From the NCBI GenBank assembly GCA_964428435.1, contig CAYRYA010000002.1, forward strand, positions 43,687-99,984: a stretch of DNA of 56,298 nucleotides, given 5' to 3'. The DNA comes from an uncultured Candidatus Saccharibacteria bacterium (GTDB lineage: Bacteria; Patescibacteriota; Minisyncoccia; Phycocordibacterales; DATDWN01). The stretch's first letter is position 1. Every line of letters starts with the position of its first letter. The position numbers and the translations under genes were made by a program. The notes beneath the pieces are model-generated. The model made no database searches. It was not told the DNA's origin and saw nothing but the letters and a program-made list of their open reading frames with translations. Shown piece by piece: positions 8,395 through 17,103 of this stretch.

Positions 8395-8418
8395 TTCTTA
8401 TTCTTTAATCTTTAATCC
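8395..8418. repeat. GGATTAAAGATTAAGG repeat, right arm (copy A)
   Basis: ttcttattctttaatctttaatcc matches 24888-24911 at 21 of 24 positions and is inverted relative to the left arm. Confidence 0.75.
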
Positions 8419-8476
8419 AATTACTTTAATCTACTTTTTATACTGTTGATATGTTAACTGTTTGTGGTAATATAAA

Positions 8477-9751
8477 GTGATGGAACACATTGCTCCAAAA
8501 AGCACACTTAAGACCTCACTTTCACTTGGTCTCTTTTTAGCTCTTCGACAAGTGCGACGTTCAAGTATTGGAACCACCGCATTGATTATTTTTGTAATGA
8601 TGCTCACGTTTTTGAACCTTGTGGTGGTAAGAGGAGTACTTGTGGGATTGATCCAGTCTTCTACCAATGTATTTAAAGAAAAGTACGCAGGAGATATTTT
8701 TATTTCTAATCTGCCAAAACATACCTATATAGAAGGTAGTACAGAGATTATCAGTATCGTTCAAAACCTTCCGTGGCTTCTTTCGTATTCTCCTCGATAT
8801 GCAGAGAACGGTCAGCTTGAGGGTACATATAAAGAACGTATTGATTTTACTGAAGAAGCAAATATTACAGGTGGTGTGGTGACAGGTATCAATCCGGTAC
8901 TGGAAGATAAAACCACAGGTATATCTTCAGCTATTGTAGAGGGTCGATTTTTGAGACCAGATGATACAGACTCTATTGTTGTTGGTGCAAACTTGTTGAA
9001 AACATATTTGCCGATTGAAGCTCCTGGCCTATCACTTCTTGAAAATGTGGGAGTGGGTGATCGTGTACGTCTTAAAATAAATGGATATACAAAAGAAGTG
9101 ACTATTGTCGGTATTATCAAAAACAAAGGTGAGTTTGATCAGCGTATTGTGATGCTCGATAGTGCACTTCGAACACTTATCGGACGTTCTGATTACAATG
9201 TTGATGAGATTGCAATTAAAATTAAGCCAGGAGTTGATCCTCAAGTGGTGAAAAAAGCACTGGTAACAAGTGGGGTGGCAAAAAATGCCCGCGTACAAAC
9301 TACCGATGAAGCACTTCCAAAATTCCTCAAAGATATTCAAGACACCTTTGCATTGCTCGGCAATGCAGTCGGTTCTATTGGGCTAGTAGTTGCGTCAATT
9401 ACAATTTTTATTGTGATTTATATCAATGCGATTACTCGTCGAAAATTTATCGGTATTTTGAAGGGTATCGGCATTGATTCAAAAGCGATTGAATTTTCGT
9501 ATATTCTCCAATCTGTTTTTTATGCATGTATGGGTATCATTCTCGGATTTATAATTTTATATGGACTTCTCGTGCCATTTATTGATGCCCACCCGATAAA
9601 CTTCCCATTTTCAGATGGTATCTTGGTGGCAGAGATCCCGAACACGATTAACCGTGCATTGTTGCTGATTGTTGCAACCATTTTTGCTGGATATATACCC
9701 GCGCGGTTGGTGGTAAAGGGAAATACACTGGATGCGATACTGGGCAGGTAA
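8477..9751 (+). CDS. ABC transporter permease, FtsX/MacB family
   Basis: 424 aa. One N-terminal TM helix is followed by a large extracytoplasmic loop and three C-terminal TM helices (the FtsX fold). An ABC ATPase and an HlyD adaptor follow it. Confidence 0.9.
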   Translation: MMEHIAPKSTLKTSLSLGLFLALRQVRRSSIGTTALIIFVMMLTFLNLVVVRGVLVGLIQSSTNVFKEKYAGDIFISNLPKHTYIEGSTEIISIVQNLPWLLSYSPRYAENGQLEGTYKERIDFTEEANITGGVVTGINPVLEDKTTGISSAIVEGRFLRPDDTDSIVVGANLLKTYLPIEAPGLSLLENVGVGDRVRLKINGYTKEVTIVGIIKNKGEFDQRIVMLDSALRTLIGRSDYNVDEIAIKIKPGVDPQVVKKALVTSGVAKNARVQTTDEALPKFLKDIQDTFALLGNAVGSIGLVVASITIFIVIYINAITRRKFIGILKGIGIDSKAIEFSYILQSVFYACMGIILGFIILYGLLVPFIDAHPINFPFSDGILVAEIPNTINRALLLIVATIFAGYIPARLVVKGNTLDAILGR

Positions 9752-9759
9752 ATATATAT

Positions 9760-9801
9760 ACGAATATACGAATTGAATGCTTGCGAATAACTACGAATAA
9801 A
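9760..9801. repeat. Intergenic ACGAAT-word repeat, copy 2
   Basis: acgaatatacgaattgaatgcttgcgaataactacgaataaa lies between the permease stop and the ATPase start. Confidence 0.7.
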
Positions 9802-9805
9802 TACA

Positions 9806-10489
9806 ATGATACAAGTTACAAACCTCATCAAATCATTCAAAAGTGGAGAGTCAGTCCTGACTGTGCTTAAAGGATTAAATTTAACTGTGCCAGAAGGACA
9901 GTTTCTTTCTATTACAGGACGATCTGGTTCTGGTAAATCAACATTGTTGTATCAACTTGGATTACTTGATCATCCAAATGCAGGAGATATTAGAATTGAC
10001 GGAGTAGATGTAAGTAAACTATCCCACGATGCGCGAACACAGTTCAGACTCAATAAGCTCGGATATGTATTTCAAGATTATGCATTGATTCCTGAACTGA
10101 CTGCACTTGAAAACGTACTTATACCACTGTTGATGCAAGGTCAAAATCCTGCACAAGCAAAGATTCAAGCAATCGAAGCACTCGAGAAACTAAAACTCGC
10201 TGATAAGGTATATAACCTTCCAAGTCAGCTTTCGGGAGGACAACAACAGCGTGTATCGATCGCTCGAGCAATTGCACATAATCCAAAAATTATCTTTGCG
10301 GATGAACCTACTGCAAACCTCGATACTGAAACGTCTGACGCGGTGCTCGATGCGTTTATCGAACTTCATAGACAAGGACAGACGATTATTATGGTGACGC
10401 ATGAACCAGAATACGCACGACTGACTGATCGAATGATTACATTAAAAGATGGAGTGATTACAGAGGATATAATACATAAAAAAAATTAA
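9806..10489 (+). CDS. ABC transporter ATP-binding protein (MacB/LolD-type)
   Basis: Walker [10 protein letters not shown], signature LSGGQQQR, Walker B IIFADEPT and an H-loop (VTHE). Confidence 0.95.
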   Translation: MIQVTNLIKSFKSGESVLTVLKGLNLTVPEGQFLSITGRSGSGKSTLLYQLGLLDHPNAGDIRIDGVDVSKLSHDARTQFRLNKLGYVFQDYALIPELTALENVLIPLLMQGQNPAQAKIQAIEALEKLKLADKVYNLPSQLSGGQQQRVSIARAIAHNPKIIFADEPTANLDTETSDAVLDAFIELHRQGQTIIMVTHEPEYARLTDRMITLKDGVITEDIIHKKN

Positions 10490-10509
10490 TAACAGATACA
10501 CACAGATAT

Positions 10510-12048
10510 ATGATAAAAAAAATAACACAATATATACGAGATAATAAAAAGACGAGCCTCATCGTGGGAGGTATCGTACTTCTTGTCTTGTTTTTTGTAT
10601 TCCGAAATGGAAGTACAGCAAAAGAAACAATGACTGTAGAACGAGGGGACGTTGTTGAAAAAGTGATCCTCACAGGTAAGGTTAAGCCTGCAGATGAAGT
10701 TGAGCTTGCGTTTGATCGATCAGGTAAGGTTGCTCAGGTATTGGTGCAGGTAGGAAGCCAAGTGCAATCAGGTCAAACACTCGTATCTTTGGATTCAAGT
10801 GAGACATATGCTGACTACCTCAAAGCTCAGGCAAATGTCGCATCAGCAGCTGCACGGCTTGATGAGTTGAAACGAGGTTCTCGTCCAGAAGAAATTGCGA
10901 TTTCAGAGAGTGAAGTATCAAATGCAACAATTGCACTTGAAAATGCAGAAGACAAATTGCGTTCGGCATTGTATGAAAGTTATGTAAAAGCAGATGATGC
11001 AGTACGAAATTATGTTGATACACTCTTTTCAAATCCGCGAACAAATAATCCACAAGTGACTTCAGCAGTAACTGATGTTGCTCTTGCAAGTGAGCTCAAC
11101 ACAAGACGATACGCAATCGAACAAGTACTTCTTGGTTGGGAAAAAAATCCACAGACTACCTCTCGAGAAACTATCGTGAAGATTTCAGCAGATCTCGGTC
11201 AGGTCAAGATGTTTGTAGATAAGATGGCAATTGCAGTGAATGGGTTTACTTCAAACTCTTCTATGTCAGCATCTGTGGTGGAAGGTCATAAAGCATCTAT
11301 CTCTACTGCTCGTACAGGTTTGATCGCTGCACAAAGTAGTATTTCGTCTGCTGAAGAGAAACTCAATACTGCAAAATCAACACTTCTTATTGCACAGAAA
11401 AACCTTGCATTGAAAAAAGCAGGTACTTCAGAAGAGGAGGTTCGTGCTCAAGAAGCTCAAGTGCTCCAGTATGAAGCGCAACTCCAAGCGGTTGCAGCTC
11501 AACTTTCAAAGATGACTATGCGGTCACCATTGACAGGTATTGTTACTAAACAAGATGCAAAACGAGGCGAGATTGTTTCTGTTGGAACACCAGTTGTTTC
11601 AGTTATTTCAGGAAGTAATCTTGAAATAGAAGCAAACGTATCTGAAGTAAGTGTAGGTAAAGTATCAGTTGGGAATGAAGTACGTATCACCATGGATGCA
11701 TTCCCTGAGAAAACATTTGAAGGAACAGTTACGTATATAGAACCAGGAGAAACTATTGTAGATGGAGTGGTGAACTTCAAAGTCACCATCGCATTTACAG
11801 AAGATTATCCTGAATTGAAAACAGGACTTTCTGCAAACCTAGAGATTGTCACTGCACAAGTTACTGATGTTGTCCGAGTAGCAGAATACGCTATTGTAAC
11901 AAAGGATGACAAGCGATATGTACTCAAAAAAGAAGGTTCACAAGAAGTTGAAGTGGAGGTGACTACAGGGTTCAAAGGATCAGATGGTTTTGTAGAGGTG
12001 GTTTCTGGTTTGGTGCCAGGTGACGTGGTTGTATTGTCTTCAGAATAA
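10510..12048 (+). CDS. HlyD/MacA-family periplasmic adaptor
   Basis: 512 aa. It has an N-terminal TM helix, a long Ala/Gln-rich coiled-coil hairpin and barrel-sandwich/beta-barrel ends (SPLTGIVT..., VSVISGSNLEIEANVSE). Confidence 0.85.
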   Translation: MIKKITQYIRDNKKTSLIVGGIVLLVLFFVFRNGSTAKETMTVERGDVVEKVILTGKVKPADEVELAFDRSGKVAQVLVQVGSQVQSGQTLVSLDSSETYADYLKAQANVASAAARLDELKRGSRPEEIAISESEVSNATIALENAEDKLRSALYESYVKADDAVRNYVDTLFSNPRTNNPQVTSAVTDVALASELNTRRYAIEQVLLGWEKNPQTTSRETIVKISADLGQVKMFVDKMAIAVNGFTSNSSMSASVVEGHKASISTARTGLIAAQSSISSAEEKLNTAKSTLLIAQKNLALKKAGTSEEEVRAQEAQVLQYEAQLQAVAAQLSKMTMRSPLTGIVTKQDAKRGEIVSVGTPVVSVISGSNLEIEANVSEVSVGKVSVGNEVRITMDAFPEKTFEGTVTYIEPGETIVDGVVNFKVTIAFTEDYPELKTGLSANLEIVTAQVTDVVRVAEYAIVTKDDKRYVLKKEGSQEVEVEVTTGFKGSDGFVEVVSGLVPGDVVVLSSE

Positions 12049-12066
12049 TGTAATACGTGCATAATT

Positions 12067-12492
12067 ATGGACAGAAATCCAATACTTAAAATTCACAAGT
12101 TTGTATTTCTCGCTGAAAAAGCGCTTGATCGTCGTCTACAGCATGACGTCGGTCTTTCGTTTTCTCAATGTATGATATTGGTCCATGTTGCACATCATCC
12201 ACAGATTTCTCAGCGACATGTTGCATATGAACGTGATATCACTCCTGCTGCGGTGTCTCGACATATCGAAGCTTTAGTTGCTTCAGGTCTCATATCTCGC
12301 TTTGATCGCGAACATAATAAACGTGAGCATGTACTCGAAGTAACTATTCATGGAAGAGGTGTAGTAAAAACAGCTGAAGAAGCACTCGAAGAAGAGATTG
12401 AATTATTGATGAAGCAACTTTCACTCGATGATGTGAGACGTGTTGATTCGGTATTTGATCGACTCCTTTCACGATTAAAAGATTCGTTGTAG
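12067..12492 (+). CDS. MarR-family transcriptional regulator
   Basis: 141 aa. It has a winged-HTH pattern (LSFSQCMILVHVAHHPQISQRHVAYERDITPAAVSRHIEALVASGLI). Confidence 0.85.
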   Translation: MDRNPILKIHKFVFLAEKALDRRLQHDVGLSFSQCMILVHVAHHPQISQRHVAYERDITPAAVSRHIEALVASGLISRFDREHNKREHVLEVTIHGRGVVKTAEEALEEEIELLMKQLSLDDVRRVDSVFDRLLSRLKDSL

Positions 12493-12503
12493 TATACAGT
12501 TAT

Positions 12504-13397
12504 ATGAAAGATACATTTACCATTTTACTATTTTATAAATATGTTCGTATTGATAATCCTGAAGAAGTGCGGGACTGGCAACGACATATCTGTGAACAAC
12601 TCAATCTCAAGGGTCGTCTCATTGTGGCGCATGAAGGTATCAATGTAACCCTCGAAGGAACTACAGAGCATGTAGAGAAATATATAGAAGAACTTCAAAA
12701 AGATGATCGTTTTCTTAGTATTCATTTTAAGAAAAGTGTTGGAACAGGGGATGCATTTCCTAAACTTTCAGTGAAGGTGAGAAAAGAAATCGTGTCACTT
12801 CACCTAGAAAATGATATTGACCCAAATCAGATTACAGGAAAACATCTTACTCCAGAAGAGTTAAAACAATGGTATGAATCAGGTAAAGAATTTTATGTGA
12901 TTGATATGCGTAATGACTATGAGTTTAGAGTTGGTCGCTTTAAGGATTCAGTATTGATGCCGATACAAAACTTTCGAGATATTCCGAGTGCATTGTCGTA
13001 TATTGAACATTTGAAAGACAAAACCGTGCTTCCTGTATGTACCGGTGGCGTACGATGTGAAAAGGCTTCAGGGTTGTTGGTGCGAGAAGGTTTCAAGGAT
13101 GTGTACCAGCTCTATGGCGGAATCGTGAATTATATGGAAAAATTCCCCGCACAAGAATTTGAGGGTACACTCTATGTGTTTGATCGACGTATTACTATGG
13201 ATTTTGATCCAAAAGAAAAACATACAGTGGTGGGTACATGCGATAAATGTGGCGTACACACAGAAGCATTTGCAAACTGTCGAAACAAACAATGTAATAA
13301 ACATATTCTCTGTTGCGACGATTGCCGAATGGAAGATGGGACCGCATTCTGTAGTGAGGAATGTGAACAGAAAATCCTTTCATTAAATAATTTCTAA
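12504..13397 (+). CDS. trhO: Rhodanese-domain protein, UPF0176/TrhO (tRNA U34 hydroxylase) family
   Basis: 297 aa. It has the YceA-like N-terminus (FYKYV...), the rhodanese active-site loop CTGGVRCEKAS and a Cys-rich C-terminal tail. Confidence 0.85.
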   Translation: MKDTFTILLFYKYVRIDNPEEVRDWQRHICEQLNLKGRLIVAHEGINVTLEGTTEHVEKYIEELQKDDRFLSIHFKKSVGTGDAFPKLSVKVRKEIVSLHLENDIDPNQITGKHLTPEELKQWYESGKEFYVIDMRNDYEFRVGRFKDSVLMPIQNFRDIPSALSYIEHLKDKTVLPVCTGGVRCEKASGLLVREGFKDVYQLYGGIVNYMEKFPAQEFEGTLYVFDRRITMDFDPKEKHTVVGTCDKCGVHTEAFANCRNKQCNKHILCCDDCRMEDGTAFCSEECEQKILSLNNF

Positions 13398-13399
13398 CC

Positions 13400-13666
13400 A
13401 TGATAGATCCAACAAAAATAGATTTGAATCAATTACCAAAAAAAATTTGCGATGGAGCAATTGGTGCGTTTGGTAAATAAATTTTCACCTTGATTTTTAC
13501 GTCAGGTAATAGTCTTGATGCATTCGCAACCACTCCTCAGGTTATGAAAAGTATTAGTGTGTGGATGAATAAACAGGTGGAGAATTACGAGAAACAATTT
13601 GGAGAAATTGATATGACACCTTCTGCGATCCAGAGCCCGATTCAGATGTCTGATTTGAAGAAATAA
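13400..13666 (+). pseudogene. DUF3467-like small gene interrupted by an in-frame TAA
   Basis: ATG at 13400 sits 2 nt after the trhO stop. One frame reads MIDPTKIDLNQLPKKICDGAIGAFGK*IFTLIFTSGNSLDAFATTPQVMKSISVWMNKQVENYEKQFGEIDM..., with TAA at 13478-13480. The tail ...YEKQFGEI resembles DUF3467, from memory. Confidence 0.4.
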
Positions 13667-13679
13667 TAAGAGATCTGTA

Positions 13680-14010
13680 TATACTTCTGGTCTGTGCCAG
13701 TTCCCCTTTCGAGGTTTTGATTTCATCGAGTGTTTTTGTAATCATCTCCGATGACGGAGAAAAGTACTTCGGTATTCTCATTCACATACCAGCAGGCTTG
13801 ATCGCATACTATTTGTACGGATTAAGCTTTTGTCCGCTTGAGGTACTCCAGCAGCCCTTGGATACATTTTGGCATGTACGCCAGTGTTTAATGTCAAATG
13901 GTGTTGACACCGAAGGTACTGTCGATATAGTGGACTTATCACCATTCTCCATTCTTTTCTTCCCATTCCCTCCAATCCTCATTCCCATAAAGTATTTTCT
14001 GCGGTAACAT
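13680..14010 (-). pseudogene. Possible decayed gene remnant
   Basis: The minus-strand ATG at 14010 opens MLPQKILYGNEDWREWEEKNGEW*. Readable peptide continues in another frame and is broken by TAG and TGA (…KLNPYK*YAIKPAGM*MRIPKYFSPSSEMITKTLDEIK…). Confidence 0.25.
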
Positions 14011-14058
14011 CTAGTTGGATATTGTTAACTAATCGTCAGAAAATGAGGTGACTAAGAT

Positions 14059-14778
14059 ATGAACGAGTTGGTAAAAAAGTACTGACAGACATCGAAAATC
14101 AAAAAGACATCCGAGCAAATAAATTTGCTCAAATCTTTCTTGAAAATTCCCATTACCTTAAGAAAGTGCCAGACAAGGAAATTGAATGGGCTATGACTAA
14201 CGGAGCAGAAGCCGTATATTTGTTCTTTAGAAGCGATTGAGTATCGTACTAGAACTAATATTAGACATGTTCCGAAGGGAAAAATTTCCCCGTGGAAGTC
14301 AATTCTGACAGGAGGATTGACTAATACATATTTGTATAATCAAGTCAGTCATTTGTATTACATTGGAACGTGGTCCAGGTATTTTATTAGAAATACTTGT
14401 TTTAACATCAATCCTGAGAACCATAAAGTCAACCTTGTTGCCTTACTACTTGAATTCTTTGGATTTTCTGAGCCTGTCAGGACAGACGTCTTTCTTCATG
14501 AGGACTTCTTGAGGCGTTGGAGCTCGATTAATCTTGAGAATTAAAGTTTGGAGCTTTGTTCTCCTGAGGATGCGTATCAACTAAGGCAGTGTTATGATAA
14601 TCAGCCTTGTGGAGAAATCCTTTGGACAGCCATAAGACCGCTCGAAGACTTGAAAGGAAATCATCGAATACTCTGTGTTCGCCGGCGCAACCACGGTAGA
14701 CGATGGATTGATGTATGTTCCGCTCGATCCACAGCGCGCTGGTCTTTAGGTGTAAAATTTATCCTTAGGTTTGTCTAA
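14059..14778 (+). pseudogene. Decayed gene of unknown family (about 240 codons) with two frameshifts and one in-frame TAA
   Basis: The SD gaggtg precedes ATG at 14059 (MNELVKK). The frame is lost in the A6 run at 14073-14078 and resumes as VLTDIENQKDIRANKF...AVYLFF. A 1-nt shift falls near 14229, after which it reads EAIEYRTRTN...SSINLEN. TAA at 14542-14544 is in frame with the following ORF (SLELCSPEDAYQL...). Confidence 0.45.
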
Positions 14779-14842
14779 AACTTCTGATATTCACATTCCT
14801 CACTTAATGTGGCATACTACAATAAGCCACATTATTTTATAT

Positions 14843-15508
14843 ATGAAATTTAATACCCCTACACATCAGCGAATCTGTGAATTTATAGAGAGGTACAACC
14901 CTCAATACATTATCATTGATTGTGATGGGACATTGTATCCAAACATTTTCGAGGCTCGAAGTGTTTTTTATGAATCGCTCTATAATTTCTTCAGTAAAAA
15001 ATTTAACTATTCAAGGAAAAATACTGACATTTTTTTAAGAGAGCAAAAAGAAAAATATGGTACAGTTTCTGAGATTGCAGCTTGTCTATTATCAGGTATA
15101 GACGAGGTTGAGTTTAATACTGAGGTTATTAAGTCTATGGACTTAGAAGATTTAGACATCGGAACTTCATCCCCTTGGTGTATATTATTAGAATATAATA
15201 TTCCAATAATCATTTTTACAAACAATTCCTCTTTTTTTGCTTCTTTGATTGCAAGGAAAGTGGGGATCATTCATAATGTTGAACATATTTTTGGAGAATC
15301 GGAGCTACATTTTGTGCGGAAACCATCTAAAGAGGTGTTTAAAGTGGTCACGAATTTTCTGCCAAAAGATTCAAGGATTCTATTTTTTGATGACGATGAG
15401 TTATGTGTTAAAATGGGTAATAATTTTGGGTGGAAATCTGTCCAGGTTGTATATAGTAAAAAACATTTGACGGATGTAAAGGGTGAGCAAGTCTTAATCA
15501 TAAATTAA
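14843..15508 (+). CDS. HAD-superfamily phosphatase (pyrimidine 5'-nucleotidase/SDT1-like)
   Basis: DxDxT motif IIIDCDGTLY and the late motif FFDDDELCVKMGNNFGW. The start is trimmed from the ORF-track TTG at 14771 to Met25. Confidence 0.75.
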   Translation: MKFNTPTHQRICEFIERYNPQYIIIDCDGTLYPNIFEARSVFYESLYNFFSKKFNYSRKNTDIFLREQKEKYGTVSEIAACLLSGIDEVEFNTEVIKSMDLEDLDIGTSSPWCILLEYNIPIIIFTNNSSFFASLIARKVGIIHNVEHIFGESELHFVRKPSKEVFKVVTNFLPKDSRILFFDDDELCVKMGNNFGWKSVQVVYSKKHLTDVKGEQVLIIN

Positions 15509-15509
15509 T

Positions 15510-16223
15510 ATGGATTACCAAGACGAATATCTCACACTTAACAAGGATTTACACGATTCTGATTCTCAAACTAAAAGTCGATCAATATTACATATATTAC
15601 CTAAGGATTTTAGGCCAAATTCAATAATTGATATTGCGTCCGGATCAGGTAAGATTTTGATAGAGGTTTCAAAAAAGCTCCATGTTCAAAAGGTTGTTGG
15701 TATTGATGTTTCATACAAAATAATCGACATCGCAAGACAGAATGATAAAGGCAAAATCGCTAGCTGGATACCCATAAGTATTTTTGATTACCAACAATCA
15801 GGTTTTGATTTGGTTTTGGCAATCGATATTGTTGAGCATATCGAAAATGATAGGAAACTTTTAGATCAGATTTCTTCACTTGGATCTCTTGCTGTGATTA
15901 AGGTACCAATTGAGGATAATCCTATAAACAGGTTTATTATGTGGATATCAAGAAGAACGATTGATCCATGGAAAGAAACAGAGAAGCGTTATGGACATAT
16001 TCATCATTATAGTCTGGAATCTTTTATTAATTTGATACAAGGATCTGATTTGCAGATAGAGAGGGTTGAGTATATTCATTTACCTAGGAGAAATAAGTTA
16101 TTTTGGGAGGTACTGCGAATATTGTTTCTTCCTCTGTGGTTTATTTCGAAAAAAAAGTATATTCAATTTAACGGTGGCTTCGTAGTTACATTAGTTAAGA
16201 GTAAAAAATATGGAAAAACTTAG
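15510..16223 (+). CDS. Class I SAM-dependent methyltransferase
   Basis: Motif I IIDIASGSGKIL and a post-I acidic residue (GIDVS). The start lies 1 nt after the upstream stop. Confidence 0.8.
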   Translation: MDYQDEYLTLNKDLHDSDSQTKSRSILHILPKDFRPNSIIDIASGSGKILIEVSKKLHVQKVVGIDVSYKIIDIARQNDKGKIASWIPISIFDYQQSGFDLVLAIDIVEHIENDRKLLDQISSLGSLAVIKVPIEDNPINRFIMWISRRTIDPWKETEKRYGHIHHYSLESFINLIQGSDLQIERVEYIHLPRRNKLFWEVLRILFLPLWFISKKKYIQFNGGFVVTLVKSKKYGKT

Positions 16224-17103
16224 ATTTGAACAAAATTTAGAAATGGACAAGGTGCTTGTCGGAAGACATTTCGAAGATGTAGATGATTTGACTGGTGGCA
16301 TGGACACCGATCTTAAAGAGGTTGATGAAAAATCGTTGGAGATAATATCCGCAAATGCGCAGATGGTCATCGATGATACACATGCTAAAGGTATGGATAA
16401 AGTCCTGATCATATCATCTCCTCGTAAGAGGGCATATTCGACCGCATCCTTGCTGAAAGAGACTGTTGAGGAAAAAGACGAGGACTTGAAGGTTGCGGTA
16501 AGGAAGGATGATCGATTCACGGAGCTTTCACATGGAGAAATAGTACTGCCTCCGGATTATGTCCCAGGAAGAAGGATAGGGTTCTTGAAGAGTGCATGGA
16601 AAGTTTTTTGGGCAGAAACCTTCAATGAGAATGGTGATTATAATAATCCGAATTATCGCTTCGGTGATCCGGTCGCCCTTGAGACAGGTGGATATAAACA
16701 TCCAGAGCTCAGGGAGAGCTTTACTTCTTATGGAGAAAGTTACCGAGAATTAAGTCAAAGATATTATGATGCAATTCTAGATTATCTTGAGCATAGGAGC
16801 GGGGTTAAATCTAGAGGTATAAATGTAGTCTTACTTGCTCACTCGGCTACCTTGGCGATTCTTGGAGAACTTTCGTGTGTGGCGAGGGAGATGTCGCAAG
16901 GTTATATCATGGTAAAGAAGGGGGATTTGATGAAAACATGCTGGAAAAATTATCTCGATAGAATGAAACGAGACGATTATGTTGAGGCTGATTTTGGTGG
17001 AATGAAGGCTTTTTCTCTAGAGGACATCGATGATGAGCTAATTTTGTTTATGAGAGAGGAGTTGTCATTTGTAAGTGATCCAAAAAATTATGAAAAGTCA
17101 TAA
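16210..17103 (+). CDS. Histidine-phosphatase superfamily (phosphoglycerate-mutase-like) protein
   Basis: It has GRHFE (RHGE-like), SPRKRAYSTA (SPLxRAxxTA-like) and LLAHSATLAIL (the second His block). It overlaps the upstream gene by 14 nt. Confidence 0.6.
   Translation: MEKLRFEQNLEMDKVLVGRHFEDVDDLTGGMDTDLKEVDEKSLEIISANAQMVIDDTHAKGMDKVLIISSPRKRAYSTASLLKETVEEKDEDLKVAVRKDDRFTELSHGEIVLPPDYVPGRRIGFLKSAWKVFWAETFNENGDYNNPNYRFGDPVALETGGYKHPELRESFTSYGESYRELSQRYYDAILDYLEHRSGVKSRGINVVLLAHSATLAILGELSCVAREMSQGYIMVKKGDLMKTCWKNYLDRMKRDDYVEADFGGMKAFSLEDIDDELILFMREELSFVSDPKNYEKS

Noticed and set aside
13478-14544. In-frame TAA codons at 13478 and 14542 as evidence for stop-codon reassignment or programmed read-through.
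   Set aside because: TAA cleanly terminates many conserved genes here, including rplI, trhO, the ABC ATPase and gltX. The same region also carries frameshifts and TAG/TGA interruptions. Pseudogenisation or assembly error is more parsimonious.
14771-14842. ORF-track 5' extensions (14771, 21599, 23178, 28474, 37949, 40962, 44165, 53354; and on the minus strand 40580, 55388).
   Set aside because: Each extension begins at a non-ATG or upstream codon and overlaps the previous gene, a terminator or a repeat. An internal ATG with a better context (SD, conserved N-terminus such as MCGIAG, MNRTYIGEL or MRIRPS signal peptide) was chosen instead.
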